The notes under the pieces: generated by a model | Database searches by the model: none | What the model was told of the DNA's origin: nothing | What the model saw: the letters and a program-made list of their open reading frames with translations, nothing else | Source: Aulosira sp. ZfuVER01 | GTDB taxonomy: Bacteria; Cyanobacteriota; Cyanobacteriia; Cyanobacteriales; Nostocaceae | DNA: 64,000 nt | Assembly (NCBI GenBank): GCA_034530615.2 | Contig: JAVRCV020000068.1 | Coordinates: forward strand, 79,393 to 143,392 | Direction of reading: 5' to 3' | Shown here: positions 55,272 to 64,000 of the stretch, one piece after another | How the letters are laid out: each line of letters begins with the position of its first letter | How positions within the stretch are numbered: the stretch's first letter is position 1 | Program-made: the position numbers and the translations under genes

Positions 55272-55748
55272 ATGATCTTTAAGCCTATGTCTCAACAAGT
55301 TTCTCCGCCACCAACGTCAAACCGCTTACCAACACTTGTGACTAAAGAACGGGAATTTTCCTGGCAAGTCGCCACTAATTTATTGATTAGTTTTAAGTAT
55401 GCCTGGGCTGGAATTAGTTATAGTTTTAAAACGCAACGCAATTTTCGCATTCATGTAGGTGTTGGCGCTGTGGCGATCGCCTCCAGCATTGTTCTACATT
55501 TATCAGCTGTGGAAATAGCGGTAATTGGGATTACTAGCGGTTTAGTTTTGGCTTTAGAGTTACTAAATACAGCCCTGGAGTCACTGGTTGATTTAACAGT
55601 CAAGCAGACGTATCACGAACTGGCGAAAATTGCTAAAGATTGTGCGGCTGGTGCTGTACTGGTTTCGGCTTTAGTCGCTGTTCTGGTAGCCGGGATGCTC
55701 ATACTCCCACCTCTGGCAACTTTAATTATGTCGGCTTTCTCTGTGTGA
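55272..55748 (+). CDS. dgkA: Diacylglycerol/undecaprenol kinase
   Basis: QRNFRIH, ELLNTALESLVD, AKIAKDCAAGAVL. Confidence 0.93.
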   Translation: MIFKPMSQQVSPPPTSNRLPTLVTKEREFSWQVATNLLISFKYAWAGISYSFKTQRNFRIHVGVGAVAIASSIVLHLSAVEIAVIGITSGLVLALELLNTALESLVDLTVKQTYHELAKIAKDCAAGAVLVSALVAVLVAGMLILPPLATLIMSAFSV

Positions 55749-55844
55749 CCTTTTTATCCCATAATTGATGACGGTTACAGCAATTTAAATCTGGTGCCAA
55801 ATAAACAAAATAATAATCAGTAATCTAACCAGGAGTTATCAGCT

Positions 55845-56444
55845 GTGATTATAGTCATCGATAATTACGATAGTTTTACTTATAATTTAGTGCAGTATCT
55901 AGGAGAACTAGCGGCAGAGTTCCCTGTAGCGTCAGATATTAAAGTTTTTCGCAACGATAAAATATCTGTAGAGGAAATTCGGGCTTTAAATCCTGAGCTT
56001 GTAGTTATTTCTCCTGGGCCTGGCCGTCCAGAAGATGCCGGTATTAGCCTAGATTTAATTGAGCGGTTAGGTTCTAACGTGCCGATTTTGGGCGTATGTT
56101 TAGGACATCAAAGCATTGGTCAGGTATTCGGTGGTAAAATCGTTTCTGCTCCTGAATTGATGCATGGCAAAACTTCTCAGGTATCACACACTGGGGTGGG
56201 AGTTTTCCGAGGATTAGAAAATCCTCTCACTGCAACCAGATATCACAGTCTGGTGATTGACCGCGAAACTTGCCCCGATGTGTTGGAAATAACTGCTTGG
56301 GTGGAGGATGGTACTATTATGGGAGTACGACACAGGAACTATCCGCACATTCAAGGCGTCCAGTTTCACCCAGAGAGTGTTTTAACATCTTCAGGCAAGC
56401 AATTGCTGCGAAACTTTCTGGAAGAATTACAGTCGAGAGAGTAA
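55845..56444 (+). CDS. trpG: Anthranilate/aminodeoxychorismate synthase glutamine amidotransferase
   Basis: [29 protein letters not shown]. Confidence 0.95.
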   Translation: MIIVIDNYDSFTYNLVQYLGELAAEFPVASDIKVFRNDKISVEEIRALNPELVVISPGPGRPEDAGISLDLIERLGSNVPILGVCLGHQSIGQVFGGKIVSAPELMHGKTSQVSHTGVGVFRGLENPLTATRYHSLVIDRETCPDVLEITAWVEDGTIMGVRHRNYPHIQGVQFHPESVLTSSGKQLLRNFLEELQSRE

Positions 56445-56447
56445 TTA

Positions 56448-57215
56448 ATGAAACGACGACAATTGATGGGCTATGCTGGGGCGGGTTTGGCAACAGCTTT
56501 CCTGACAAACTTAGGTTCTGCATTTCCATCTGACGCGCAATCTAGCGGTTTATCAGTTCAGTGGTTGGGTCATACTTGCTTTTTGTTGACGGGTAGCGGC
56601 GTGAAAATTCTCGTCAATCCATTTCGACCTGTTGGCTGTACGGCGGGGTATCGTCCCCCGAAAGTTGCGGCAGATTTAGTAATGATTAGCAGTCAATTGC
56701 TAGATGAAGGTGCAGTAGATGGACTCCCAGGAAAACCAAAACTCATCTATGAGCCTGGAGTTTATGAGTTCCAAGGCATTAAGTTCCAAGGAATTGCTAT
56801 AGACCACGATCGCAAAGGTGGTAAGCAGTTTGGTGTCAATACGGCTTGGAGTTGGAAGCAAGGCGGAATTAATATCCTGCACTTGGGAGGCGCTGCTGCA
56901 CCCATTTCCGTTGAACAAAAAATTCTTATGGGGCGTCCCGATGTAGGATTTATTCCAGTTGGGGGTAGTGCAAAAGCATATAATGCCCAAGAAGCCAAGC
57001 AAGCGGTGGAAATTTTAAATCCCAAGCTGGTAATTCCTACTCACTATCGTACACAGGCGGCTGATGCTGCTAAGTGTGAAATTTCTCCAGTAGATGACTT
57101 TCTCAACTTGATGCAGGGTATAACAGTACGTCGTAGCAATAGCGATAGTATTAGTATTAGCCCTGGTAATCTACCAGAAAATAGCGTAATTCAGACTTTG
57201 AGTTACAAATTTTGA
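56448..57215 (+). CDS. Metallo-beta-lactamase-fold protein with Tat-like signal
   Basis: KRRQL, WLGHTCF, IPTHY; metal ligands degenerate. Confidence 0.85.
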   Translation: MKRRQLMGYAGAGLATAFLTNLGSAFPSDAQSSGLSVQWLGHTCFLLTGSGVKILVNPFRPVGCTAGYRPPKVAADLVMISSQLLDEGAVDGLPGKPKLIYEPGVYEFQGIKFQGIAIDHDRKGGKQFGVNTAWSWKQGGINILHLGGAAAPISVEQKILMGRPDVGFIPVGGSAKAYNAQEAKQAVEILNPKLVIPTHYRTQAADAAKCEISPVDDFLNLMQGITVRRSNSDSISISPGNLPENSVIQTLSYKF

Positions 57216-57483
57216 TGCACATCAGCAAAAAAAGAACCACAGTTAAACACAGATAGTTTATCTGCGTGCATCTGTGGTTTCATCTCAAAAACACCATATC
57301 ACTCTGAGATGAGATATTAATGTGACGGTAGAATTACCTTGAACTTCTAGTGTGTTCCGGAGTGAAACTTTTTATTTAAAGGCTATTGAGTAGAAGTAGA
57401 AAAACATTGAGGCTCAACTCTACCCAATTTAGCTACCATAGCCTAGCGAGTCTTTGTGCGATCGCGAATCAACCAACTATTTT

Positions 57484-58806
57484 CTAGAAAGTCATCCACT
57501 TTTTCAAAGGCACACCATCCGGGCCTAGTATGGGATTACCATCTTCTCCTACTTGTACAGGGGAAAGCTTATCTGCGTCTGCAACAGGAGTTCTGGTTAC
57601 TGTTGTACCATCTGCATTTGTTGTCCAAATCTCATCCGCACCTGTGCCGTAATCGCGCCAGTAGATATCGGTTCTACCATCATTATTGAAATCGCCAAAT
57701 GTTGCTTGCGCAGTTGTTGAACTGGGTGCGAGGAAAGTCTGAGTAACAATACTTCCGCCATCCATTAGCCATGTGGTGTTTTCACCAGTGGCCTGATTGC
57801 GCCAGAAAATATCAGTCTTACCATCGCCATTGAAATCAGCAATGCTAGATGTCCAGTTTGAGTCAAGTGTAGTTAGAGATGCTTCGGTGAAGAAGACGTT
57901 ATTTGGTATGAGAGAATTTGTTAGCCAAACTTTGTTCTCACCTGTTGTCGTGTTCCGCCACAAGAAGTCAGAACGCATATCACCGTTAAAATCGCCAACG
58001 GTAAAATTCCAGCTTGGGTCTTGTGATTGCAGAGAACTCGCATTGACTTGCGTACCATTCATGAACCAAGCGACGTTTTCACCAGTGGTACCGCGCCAGA
58101 AAACATCTGTTATGCCATTACCGTCGAAATCCACCATAGTAGGACTCCAACTTGGATCGACAGTGTCTAGCATGGTTCCGCTTTTAATTACTTGGCCTGG
58201 GTTGCTACCATCTACCAGCCAAATAGCATTTTGACCTGTTTGAGTGTTACGCCAGAAGATATCAGTTTTGCGATCGCCATCGAAATCCCCAATCAGCGGC
58301 GTCCAAGATGAGTCTAGGGTATCTAAAGGAATCAGACTGGCAACGTTTGTGCCATCCATGAGCACAATGGTATTTTGACCTGTTACCTGATTGCGTAACA
58401 AGAAGTCAGTCTTGTTATCGCCGTTGAAATCCCCAATTTTGTAAACTGTTGATGCTAGATCGATTTTTCCCAAAGAACCTTTAGCAGCAACGGTTGTTCC
58501 ATCCATCAACCAAACCTGAGTTTCACCAGTTTGCGCATCAACCCAGATTTTATCTGTTTTGCCATCGCCGTTGAAATCAGGCACAATCGCTGCACTAGTT
58601 AAGTAAGGATTGGGATTAGGATTTGCTCCTCCAAATAGAGATTTTGCGGATACTGAATTTGTAGCAGTATTTGGGATTTCACTTGTTAGTTCTTGTGCTG
58701 AACTGCTATGGCTATAAAACGAATTAGAAGCTTGATCAAAAGGAGATGGAACTTGTAAAGATGCAGCTGACAAGCTGCTCTTTGTATCCAATGTTTTATC
58801 AGACAT
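57484..58806 (-). CDS. FG-GAP/VCBS repeat protein
   Basis: Repeated GDFNGDGKTDIFWRN..TGEN..WLMDG units. Confidence 0.92.
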   Translation of the reverse strand: MSDKTLDTKSSLSAASLQVPSPFDQASNSFYSHSSSAQELTSEIPNTATNSVSAKSLFGGANPNPNPYLTSAAIVPDFNGDGKTDKIWVDAQTGETQVWLMDGTTVAAKGSLGKIDLASTVYKIGDFNGDNKTDFLLRNQVTGQNTIVLMDGTNVASLIPLDTLDSSWTPLIGDFDGDRKTDIFWRNTQTGQNAIWLVDGSNPGQVIKSGTMLDTVDPSWSPTMVDFDGNGITDVFWRGTTGENVAWFMNGTQVNASSLQSQDPSWNFTVGDFNGDMRSDFLWRNTTTGENKVWLTNSLIPNNVFFTEASLTTLDSNWTSSIADFNGDGKTDIFWRNQATGENTTWLMDGGSIVTQTFLAPSSTTAQATFGDFNNDGRTDIYWRDYGTGADEIWTTNADGTTVTRTPVADADKLSPVQVGEDGNPILGPDGVPLKKWMTF

Positions 58807-59439
58807 GGTGTGTTTTTATGGCTGGTTGTTATAAAGGTTGTAGCTTTTTTGGATAAATAATTTCTGTTCTTAAATAACATTTATTAGCCATTAAATATTT
58901 TTTTATGATTATTTATTTTTGCTTAAGGTCAGCATCTACAAACATTTATGCTTATTCTTGTAGTTGATTCGTCAAATATTATCAAGCTCATTATAAGCAA
59001 TTAGAAAAAACATTTTGCTTATGTCATGTTTTATGGATACAGCAACAAAGTCAGGCATTAACATAAAAACAGATTTGGTAATGCTACATATAAAACTTTG
59101 TCCACAATCGCAAACATGATATTTAAATCATGATATTTAATGCAAATACTTTTAGATGATTTAGCAGCATCAACAAATTTTGAAGACGAACAAAATATTT
59201 TGTTGCTATATGATACAATTCGGATTTATGAAAATTTTAATAAATGATAAATTTCTGTTTTGAAAAGATGATGCCGAAAGTCTGCTATAATTACCTATAG
59301 CAATCACTACTTACTAGTAAAATCAAAAAATATTGCTTGAGATACTAGAAATTAGCAACTACTTATAATAAGTGTAATATCTGCAATCTGTATTGTTCAA
59401 ACGTTAAGATATCAGCATAATTTGAGATATAAAGTAGCT

Positions 59440-60747
59440 ATGCAAGCAGAATATCAAAAGCGTCGTCAGCAGTTGATGTCAAAACTTGGTAATGGTACTG
59501 CCATTTTTCGGAGTGCGCCAATGGCGGTAATGCACAACGATGTTGAATACACTTATCGCCAAGACAGTGATTTCTTCTATCTGACTGGTTTTAACGAACC
59601 GCAAGCAGTGGCGGTTTTAGCACCCCATCACCAAGAACATCAGTTTGTGCTGTTTGTCCAACCCAAAGATCGCGAGAAGGAAGTGTGGACTGGCTATCGC
59701 TGTGGGGTAGATGCAGCCAAAGAAATTTATGGTGCAGATGAAGCTTACCCCATCAGCGAACTAGATGAAAAATTGCCTCAGTATTTGGAAAAAGCCGATC
59801 GCATCTACTATCATCTAGGACGCGATCGCACTTTTAATGACACAGTTCTCAAACATTATCAAAGTCTGCTGCGGACTTATCCCAAGCGGGGTACAGGGCC
59901 AATTGCGATAGAAGATACAGGCGCAATTCTGGGCAGCATGAGATTGGTAAAAAGTGAAGCTGAGTTGGAATTGATGCGTCAAGCAGCTGCGATCGCCACA
60001 GAAGCCCACAATTATGCACTCCAAGTCACCGCACCTGGACGTTATGAATATGAAATCCAGGCAGAAATAGAACATATTTTCCGGCTGCGGGGTGCGATGG
60101 GGCCCGCCTATCCGTCAATTGTGGCTTCTGGTGTGAATGCCTGCGTATTACACTATATTGAGAACGATCGCCAAATGGAGGATGGAGAATTACTGTTGAT
60201 TGATGCAGGTTGTGCATACAGCTATTACAACTCAGATATTACGCGGACATTTCCTGTAGGTGGGAAGTTTACGCCAGAACAAAAGATATTGTATGAGATT
60301 GTTTTAGAAGCCCAGAAACAAGCGATCGCGCAAGTTCAACCTGGTAATCCCTTCAACTTAGTTCACGATACAGCAGTGCGCGTCCTTACAGAAGGCTTAG
60401 TTGAAGTTGGTATCCTCAAGGGCGAAGTTGACAAATTAATTGAGGAAGAAAAATATAAGCCCTACTATATGCACCGTACCAGTCATTGGTTAGGCTTAGA
60501 TGTTCATGATGTCGGTGTTTATCAGCACGGTGAAAACCCGCAGATTTTACAGCCAGGGCAAATACTGACAGTAGAACCCGGACTTTATATTGTGCCAGAT
60601 ACTAAACTCGCAGAAGACCAACCCCAAACCGATCCGCGCTGGGTGGGGATTGGGATTCGCATTGAAGATGATGTGTTAGTAACCAGTACGGGACATGAAG
60701 TGTTAACGGCTGGAGTTCCCAAAGCAGTGGATGAAGTGGAAAGATAA
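59440..60747 (+). CDS. pepP: Xaa-Pro aminopeptidase
   Basis: YRQDSDFFYLTG, DAGC, SDITRT, HWLGLDVHD, EPGLY, RIEDD. Confidence 0.96.
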   Translation: MQAEYQKRRQQLMSKLGNGTAIFRSAPMAVMHNDVEYTYRQDSDFFYLTGFNEPQAVAVLAPHHQEHQFVLFVQPKDREKEVWTGYRCGVDAAKEIYGADEAYPISELDEKLPQYLEKADRIYYHLGRDRTFNDTVLKHYQSLLRTYPKRGTGPIAIEDTGAILGSMRLVKSEAELELMRQAAAIATEAHNYALQVTAPGRYEYEIQAEIEHIFRLRGAMGPAYPSIVASGVNACVLHYIENDRQMEDGELLLIDAGCAYSYYNSDITRTFPVGGKFTPEQKILYEIVLEAQKQAIAQVQPGNPFNLVHDTAVRVLTEGLVEVGILKGEVDKLIEEEKYKPYYMHRTSHWLGLDVHDVGVYQHGENPQILQPGQILTVEPGLYIVPDTKLAEDQPQTDPRWVGIGIRIEDDVLVTSTGHEVLTAGVPKAVDEVER

Positions 60748-60884
60748 CTTTATTGAGAAAGCGATCGCTACAATTAATTGATTATGCCTTCGCCGCCAAC
60801 CTGCCAGAGAATGAATGATGCTGTGAGTTAATCAATATGATGGGTTGAAATACTCAACAGAGAAACCTTTGTTTTACCGTTTTC

Positions 60885-61112
60885 TCTCGCCCTGCAATAA
60901 ATTGCGGGCTAATAGCTCAAGTACGCTAAAACGCACTGAAAATATTAGAGATATCGCATCTGCTGGGTTATAATCCCCACCCAATTCGCCCACAGCATCT
61001 TGAATTACAAGCCTAATAGCTCAACTAAAGTCTACTGAAGTGAACTCAGGTGCATATTCTAGTCCACTTGAGTGGACTTACGCTATTAGACCTACACTTC
61101 AGTGTAGGGCGG
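60885..61112. repeat. Cluster of short palindromic (REP-like) intergenic repeats
   Basis: ccctgcaataaattgcggg, agtccacttgagtggact, cctacacttcagtgtagg; ctaatagctcaa occurs twice. Confidence 0.55.
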
Positions 61113-61433
61113 GATATCGGTAAGCACGATACTATTCCTCTGGTTCCAGCAATTCCCAAATCAGGAAGGCTAACTCAATCGCAACACCACAACCAGGGAC
61201 AAATAAATCAGCAATTAAAGGAATCAAAAATAACACAATTGCCATCAGCTTCTTAGCTTTCATTTACTTAACCTCAAACGCTGAAGCAAAGGTAGATTTG
61301 GGGTAGTAAATAGAAGCAAAAGCAGGTGTTTTTTGGCTGTAATGCGTGAATCCGCCGAGGTTTGAGTTTGGGGATGCTAGATTAAGTTTGGGGAATCCCT
61401 AAACTTTGTTGCAAATTTGGGCAAGAATAACCG

Positions 61434-64000
61434 ATGGCGCGTGTTAGCTATGGTGATGAAGTCGAAGCGCGGGTAAGAAAACTTTTAGAAAGGTTTTTGG
61501 CTTATGTAAATGACGAGTTAGAAGACAGTGAACTGTATAAAATTGCCCTCAACTGGGAAACTCCGCAGCAAGTAATAGTAAGAACACAGCTAAGAGTTCT
61601 GGCAGAACTTAGCGGTTTAAGCAAAGAACAAGTCCGAGAAGCATTAAATGCACTCAAAGATTTTGTAGAAATTCGCGAAGATTTGCGCGAACACAAGCGA
61701 GGTTCAGAAGATTGGCACTTTCGGCTGAAGCTTTGGCATGATAAAAGCGACAAACACGGGAATTTGCAAAAATTTCATGCAGAATGGCAACGCCGACGAG
61801 AAGAATTACCTGGTGTGCAGCGTGGAAAAGGTAAAAAAACTCAACCCACGCCTACCCGTTACGAAAATATTCCCTGGAGTGGGGTAACAAAGTTTGTTGG
61901 AAGAGAAACGGAATTACAAAACCTCCATCAGCTGTTGCAGAAAAATCAGCAGGTAGCGATCGCAGCTATTGCGGGGATGGGTGGAGTCGGGAAAACAGAA
62001 CTAGCACTGCAATATGCGAATTTGCACCGCGTCACTTATCAAGGCGGAATTTGCTGGTTGTCTGCATTACAGGATGTGGGGGTGCAATTGGTGCAGTTTG
62101 CTGTTACTAAACTGCAATTGAACATCTCAGATAATTTAGATTTAATTGGGAGAGTGCAACACTGTCTAGAAAAATGGCATCAGGGTGAAGTTTTACTGGT
62201 AATTGATAACGTCACTAACTATCGAGAGGAAGTTAGGTGTTATTTAGAGTCTGTTCCTTCTCGGTTTAAGCAGTTAATTACCACCCGAGAAAAATTACAG
62301 CCGCCAATAGTGCGATTAGATTTAGATGTGCTGACACCACTAGCGGCAATGCAGTTATTAAAATCTATTATTGGTAGGGAACGACTGCGGCGTGAGGCGT
62401 TAGTTGCGAGAAAACTTTGTAAGTGGCTGGGATATTTACCCTTGGGTTTGGAATTAGTCGGGCGTTATTTGTTAGGTGATGAGGAATTATCCCTAGCAGA
62501 AATGCTGCAAGACTTAGAAAATGAGCGTTTAAAGCATGAGGCTTTAGAACAAGTTCCCCAAGAAATGACTGCTAAGTTGGGTGTCGCTGCTGCTTTTGAG
62601 TTAAGCTGGCGACGGTTGCGAGAAAATGCTCAACGTTTAGGCTGTCTTATGAGTTTATTTGCCCTAGCTCCGATTCCTTGGGAGTTGGTGGAGCATATAA
62701 CAATAAATAATGCGGCTCAAGATTGGAAAAAAGCTAGACGAGATTTGTTACAGTTACACTTACTTCAGTCCAAAGGTGAGGGAATCTATCAACTACATCC
62801 CCTGCTGCGGGATTTTTTCCAAGATAAGCTTACAGGTTTAGAAAAGACAGAGGAATTTAAGCGAAGTTTTTGCGGGGTAATGGTAGCAGTTGCTAAAAAT
62901 ATTCCTGACACTCCCACAATTCAGCAAATTCAGGATGTCGCCCCCGCCATACCTCATATAGCTGAAGTAGCAAACAATCTCATTCGGTATGTTAGCGATG
63001 ATGATTTAATTTGGGCTTTTGTTGGCAACGCTTTTTTTTATAAGGGTCAAGGATTGTATGATAAAGCAGCACCTTGGTATGAGCGGTGTCTAGTAGCTAC
63101 TAAAAAGCGATTGGGAAAAGAACATCCATCTGTTGCGGCTAGCCTCAACAACCTCGCAGGACTCTACCGTTCCCAAGGTAAATACAGTGAAGCCGAACCT
63201 CTGTACATCGAAGCTTTGGCACTGACGCGTAAACTGCTGGGCGAAGAACATTCAAATGTCGCAACTAGCCTCAACAACCTCGCCTTACTCTACCAATCCC
63301 AAGGCAGATACAGCGAAGCCGAACCTCTGTACATCGAAGCTTTGGCACTGACGCGTAAACTGCTGGGCGAAGAACATTCAAATGTCGCAACTAGCCTCAA
63401 CAACCTCGCAGAACTCTACAAATTCCAAGGCAGATACAGCGAAGCCGAACCTTTGCACATCGAAGCTTTGGCACTGAAGCGTAAATTGCTGGGCGAAGAA
63501 CATCCCCATATCGCACAAAGCCTCAACAACCTCGCAGTACTCTACTACCATCAAGGCAAATACAGCGAAGCCGAACCTTTGCACATCGAAGCTTTGGCAC
63601 TGAAGCGTAAATTGCTGGGCGAAGAACATCCCGATGTCGCAGCTAGCCTCAACAACCTCGCAGCACTCTACAAATCCCAAGGCAGATACAGCGAAGCCGA
63701 ACCTTTGTACATCCAAGCTTTGTCACTGACGCGTAAACTGTTGGGTGAAGAACATTCAAATATCGCAGCTAGCCTCAACAATCTCGCAGGACTCTACCGT
63801 TCCCAAGGCAGATACAGCGAAGCCGAACCTTTGTACATCCAAGCTTTGGCACTGTGGCGTAAACTCCTGGGCGAAGAACATTCAAATGTCGCAACTAGCC
63901 TCAACAACCTCGCAGGACTTTACGAATCCCAAGGAAAATACAGCCAAGCCGAACCTTTGTACATCCAAGCTTTGGCACTGTGGCGTAAACTCCTGGGCGA
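61434..64000 (+). CDS. NB-ARC (STAND) NTPase with 42-aa TPR repeats (runs off window)
   Basis: ATG 61434; GMGGVGKT, LLVIDNV, GYLPLGL; 126-nt repeats ATSLNNLA.LY.SQGRYSEAEPLYIEAL. Confidence 0.92.
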   Translation, partial: MARVSYGDEVEARVRKLLERFLAYVNDELEDSELYKIALNWETPQQVIVRTQLRVLAELSGLSKEQVREALNALKDFVEIREDLREHKRGSEDWHFRLKLWHDKSDKHGNLQKFHAEWQRRREELPGVQRGKGKKTQPTPTRYENIPWSGVTKFVGRETELQNLHQLLQKNQQVAIAAIAGMGGVGKTELALQYANLHRVTYQGGICWLSALQDVGVQLVQFAVTKLQLNISDNLDLIGRVQHCLEKWHQGEVLLVIDNVTNYREEVRCYLESVPSRFKQLITTREKLQPPIVRLDLDVLTPLAAMQLLKSIIGRERLRREALVARKLCKWLGYLPLGLELVGRYLLGDEELSLAEMLQDLENERLKHEALEQVPQEMTAKLGVAAAFELSWRRLRENAQRLGCLMSLFALAPIPWELVEHITINNAAQDWKKARRDLLQLHLLQSKGEGIYQLHPLLRDFFQDKLTGLEKTEEFKRSFCGVMVAVAKNIPDTPTIQQIQDVAPAIPHIAEVANNLIRYVSDDDLIWAFVGNAFFYKGQGLYDKAAPWYERCLVATKKRLGKEHPSVAASLNNLAGLYRSQGKYSEAEPLYIEALALTRKLLGEEHSNVATSLNNLALLYQSQGRYSEAEPLYIEALALTRKLLGEEHSNVATSLNNLAELYKFQGRYSEAEPLHIEALALKRKLLGEEHPHIAQSLNNLAVLYYHQGKYSEAEPLHIEALALKRKLLGEEHPDVAASLNNLAALYKSQGRYSEAEPLYIQALSLTRKLLGEEHSNIAASLNNLAGLYRSQGRYSEAEPLYIQALALWRKLLGEEHSNVATSLNNLAGLYESQGKYSQAEPLYIQALALWRKLLG

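Noticed and set aside
63378..63716. Repetitive minus-strand 112-aa ORF
   Set aside because: Antisense shadow of the TPR repeats.

Overview
A 64-kb chromosomal window from a cyanobacterium, most likely a Nostoc-type filamentous one (abundant HIP1 GCGATCGC octamers, STRR-type short repeats, chlD). Housekeeping genes (pdhC; chlD, sigJ-like sigma, prfB, ybeY, dgkA, trpG, pepP) surround accessory DNA. The standout is a minus-strand locus at about 16.2-23.9 kb. It encodes a Ro60/TROVE-like vWA protein, a second L7/L12, a small ubiquitin-like protein, a ThiF/E1 enzyme and two unknown proteins. These genes are interleaved with six copies of one structured RNA scaffold (5'-YGYGC-CCUAAC..AGC-NUACAYA [cargo] GCUY..AACUY-GYRYG-3'). 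Each copy carries a different cargo: a sarcin-ricin loop plus 23S H42-44 GTPase centre, a circularly permuted 23S H67-H71 (H69), a tRNA-Leu(UAA)-like cloverleaf, a tRNA-Lys(UUU)-like cloverleaf nested inside a second tRNA, a YrlA-style permuted tRNA, or a bare hairpin. A minimal tmRNA tRNA-like domain lies at the head of the array, and a HEPN ribonuclease gene sits inside the locus on the opposite strand. The elements are read directly from the sequence. The rRNA and tmRNA comparisons use reference sequences recalled from memory, and the decoy/bait function is inference. Other observations: a GGQ-less prfB paralog that keeps the frameshift site, several pseudogenes and IS scars, and tandem Ser/Thr-His kinase genes.
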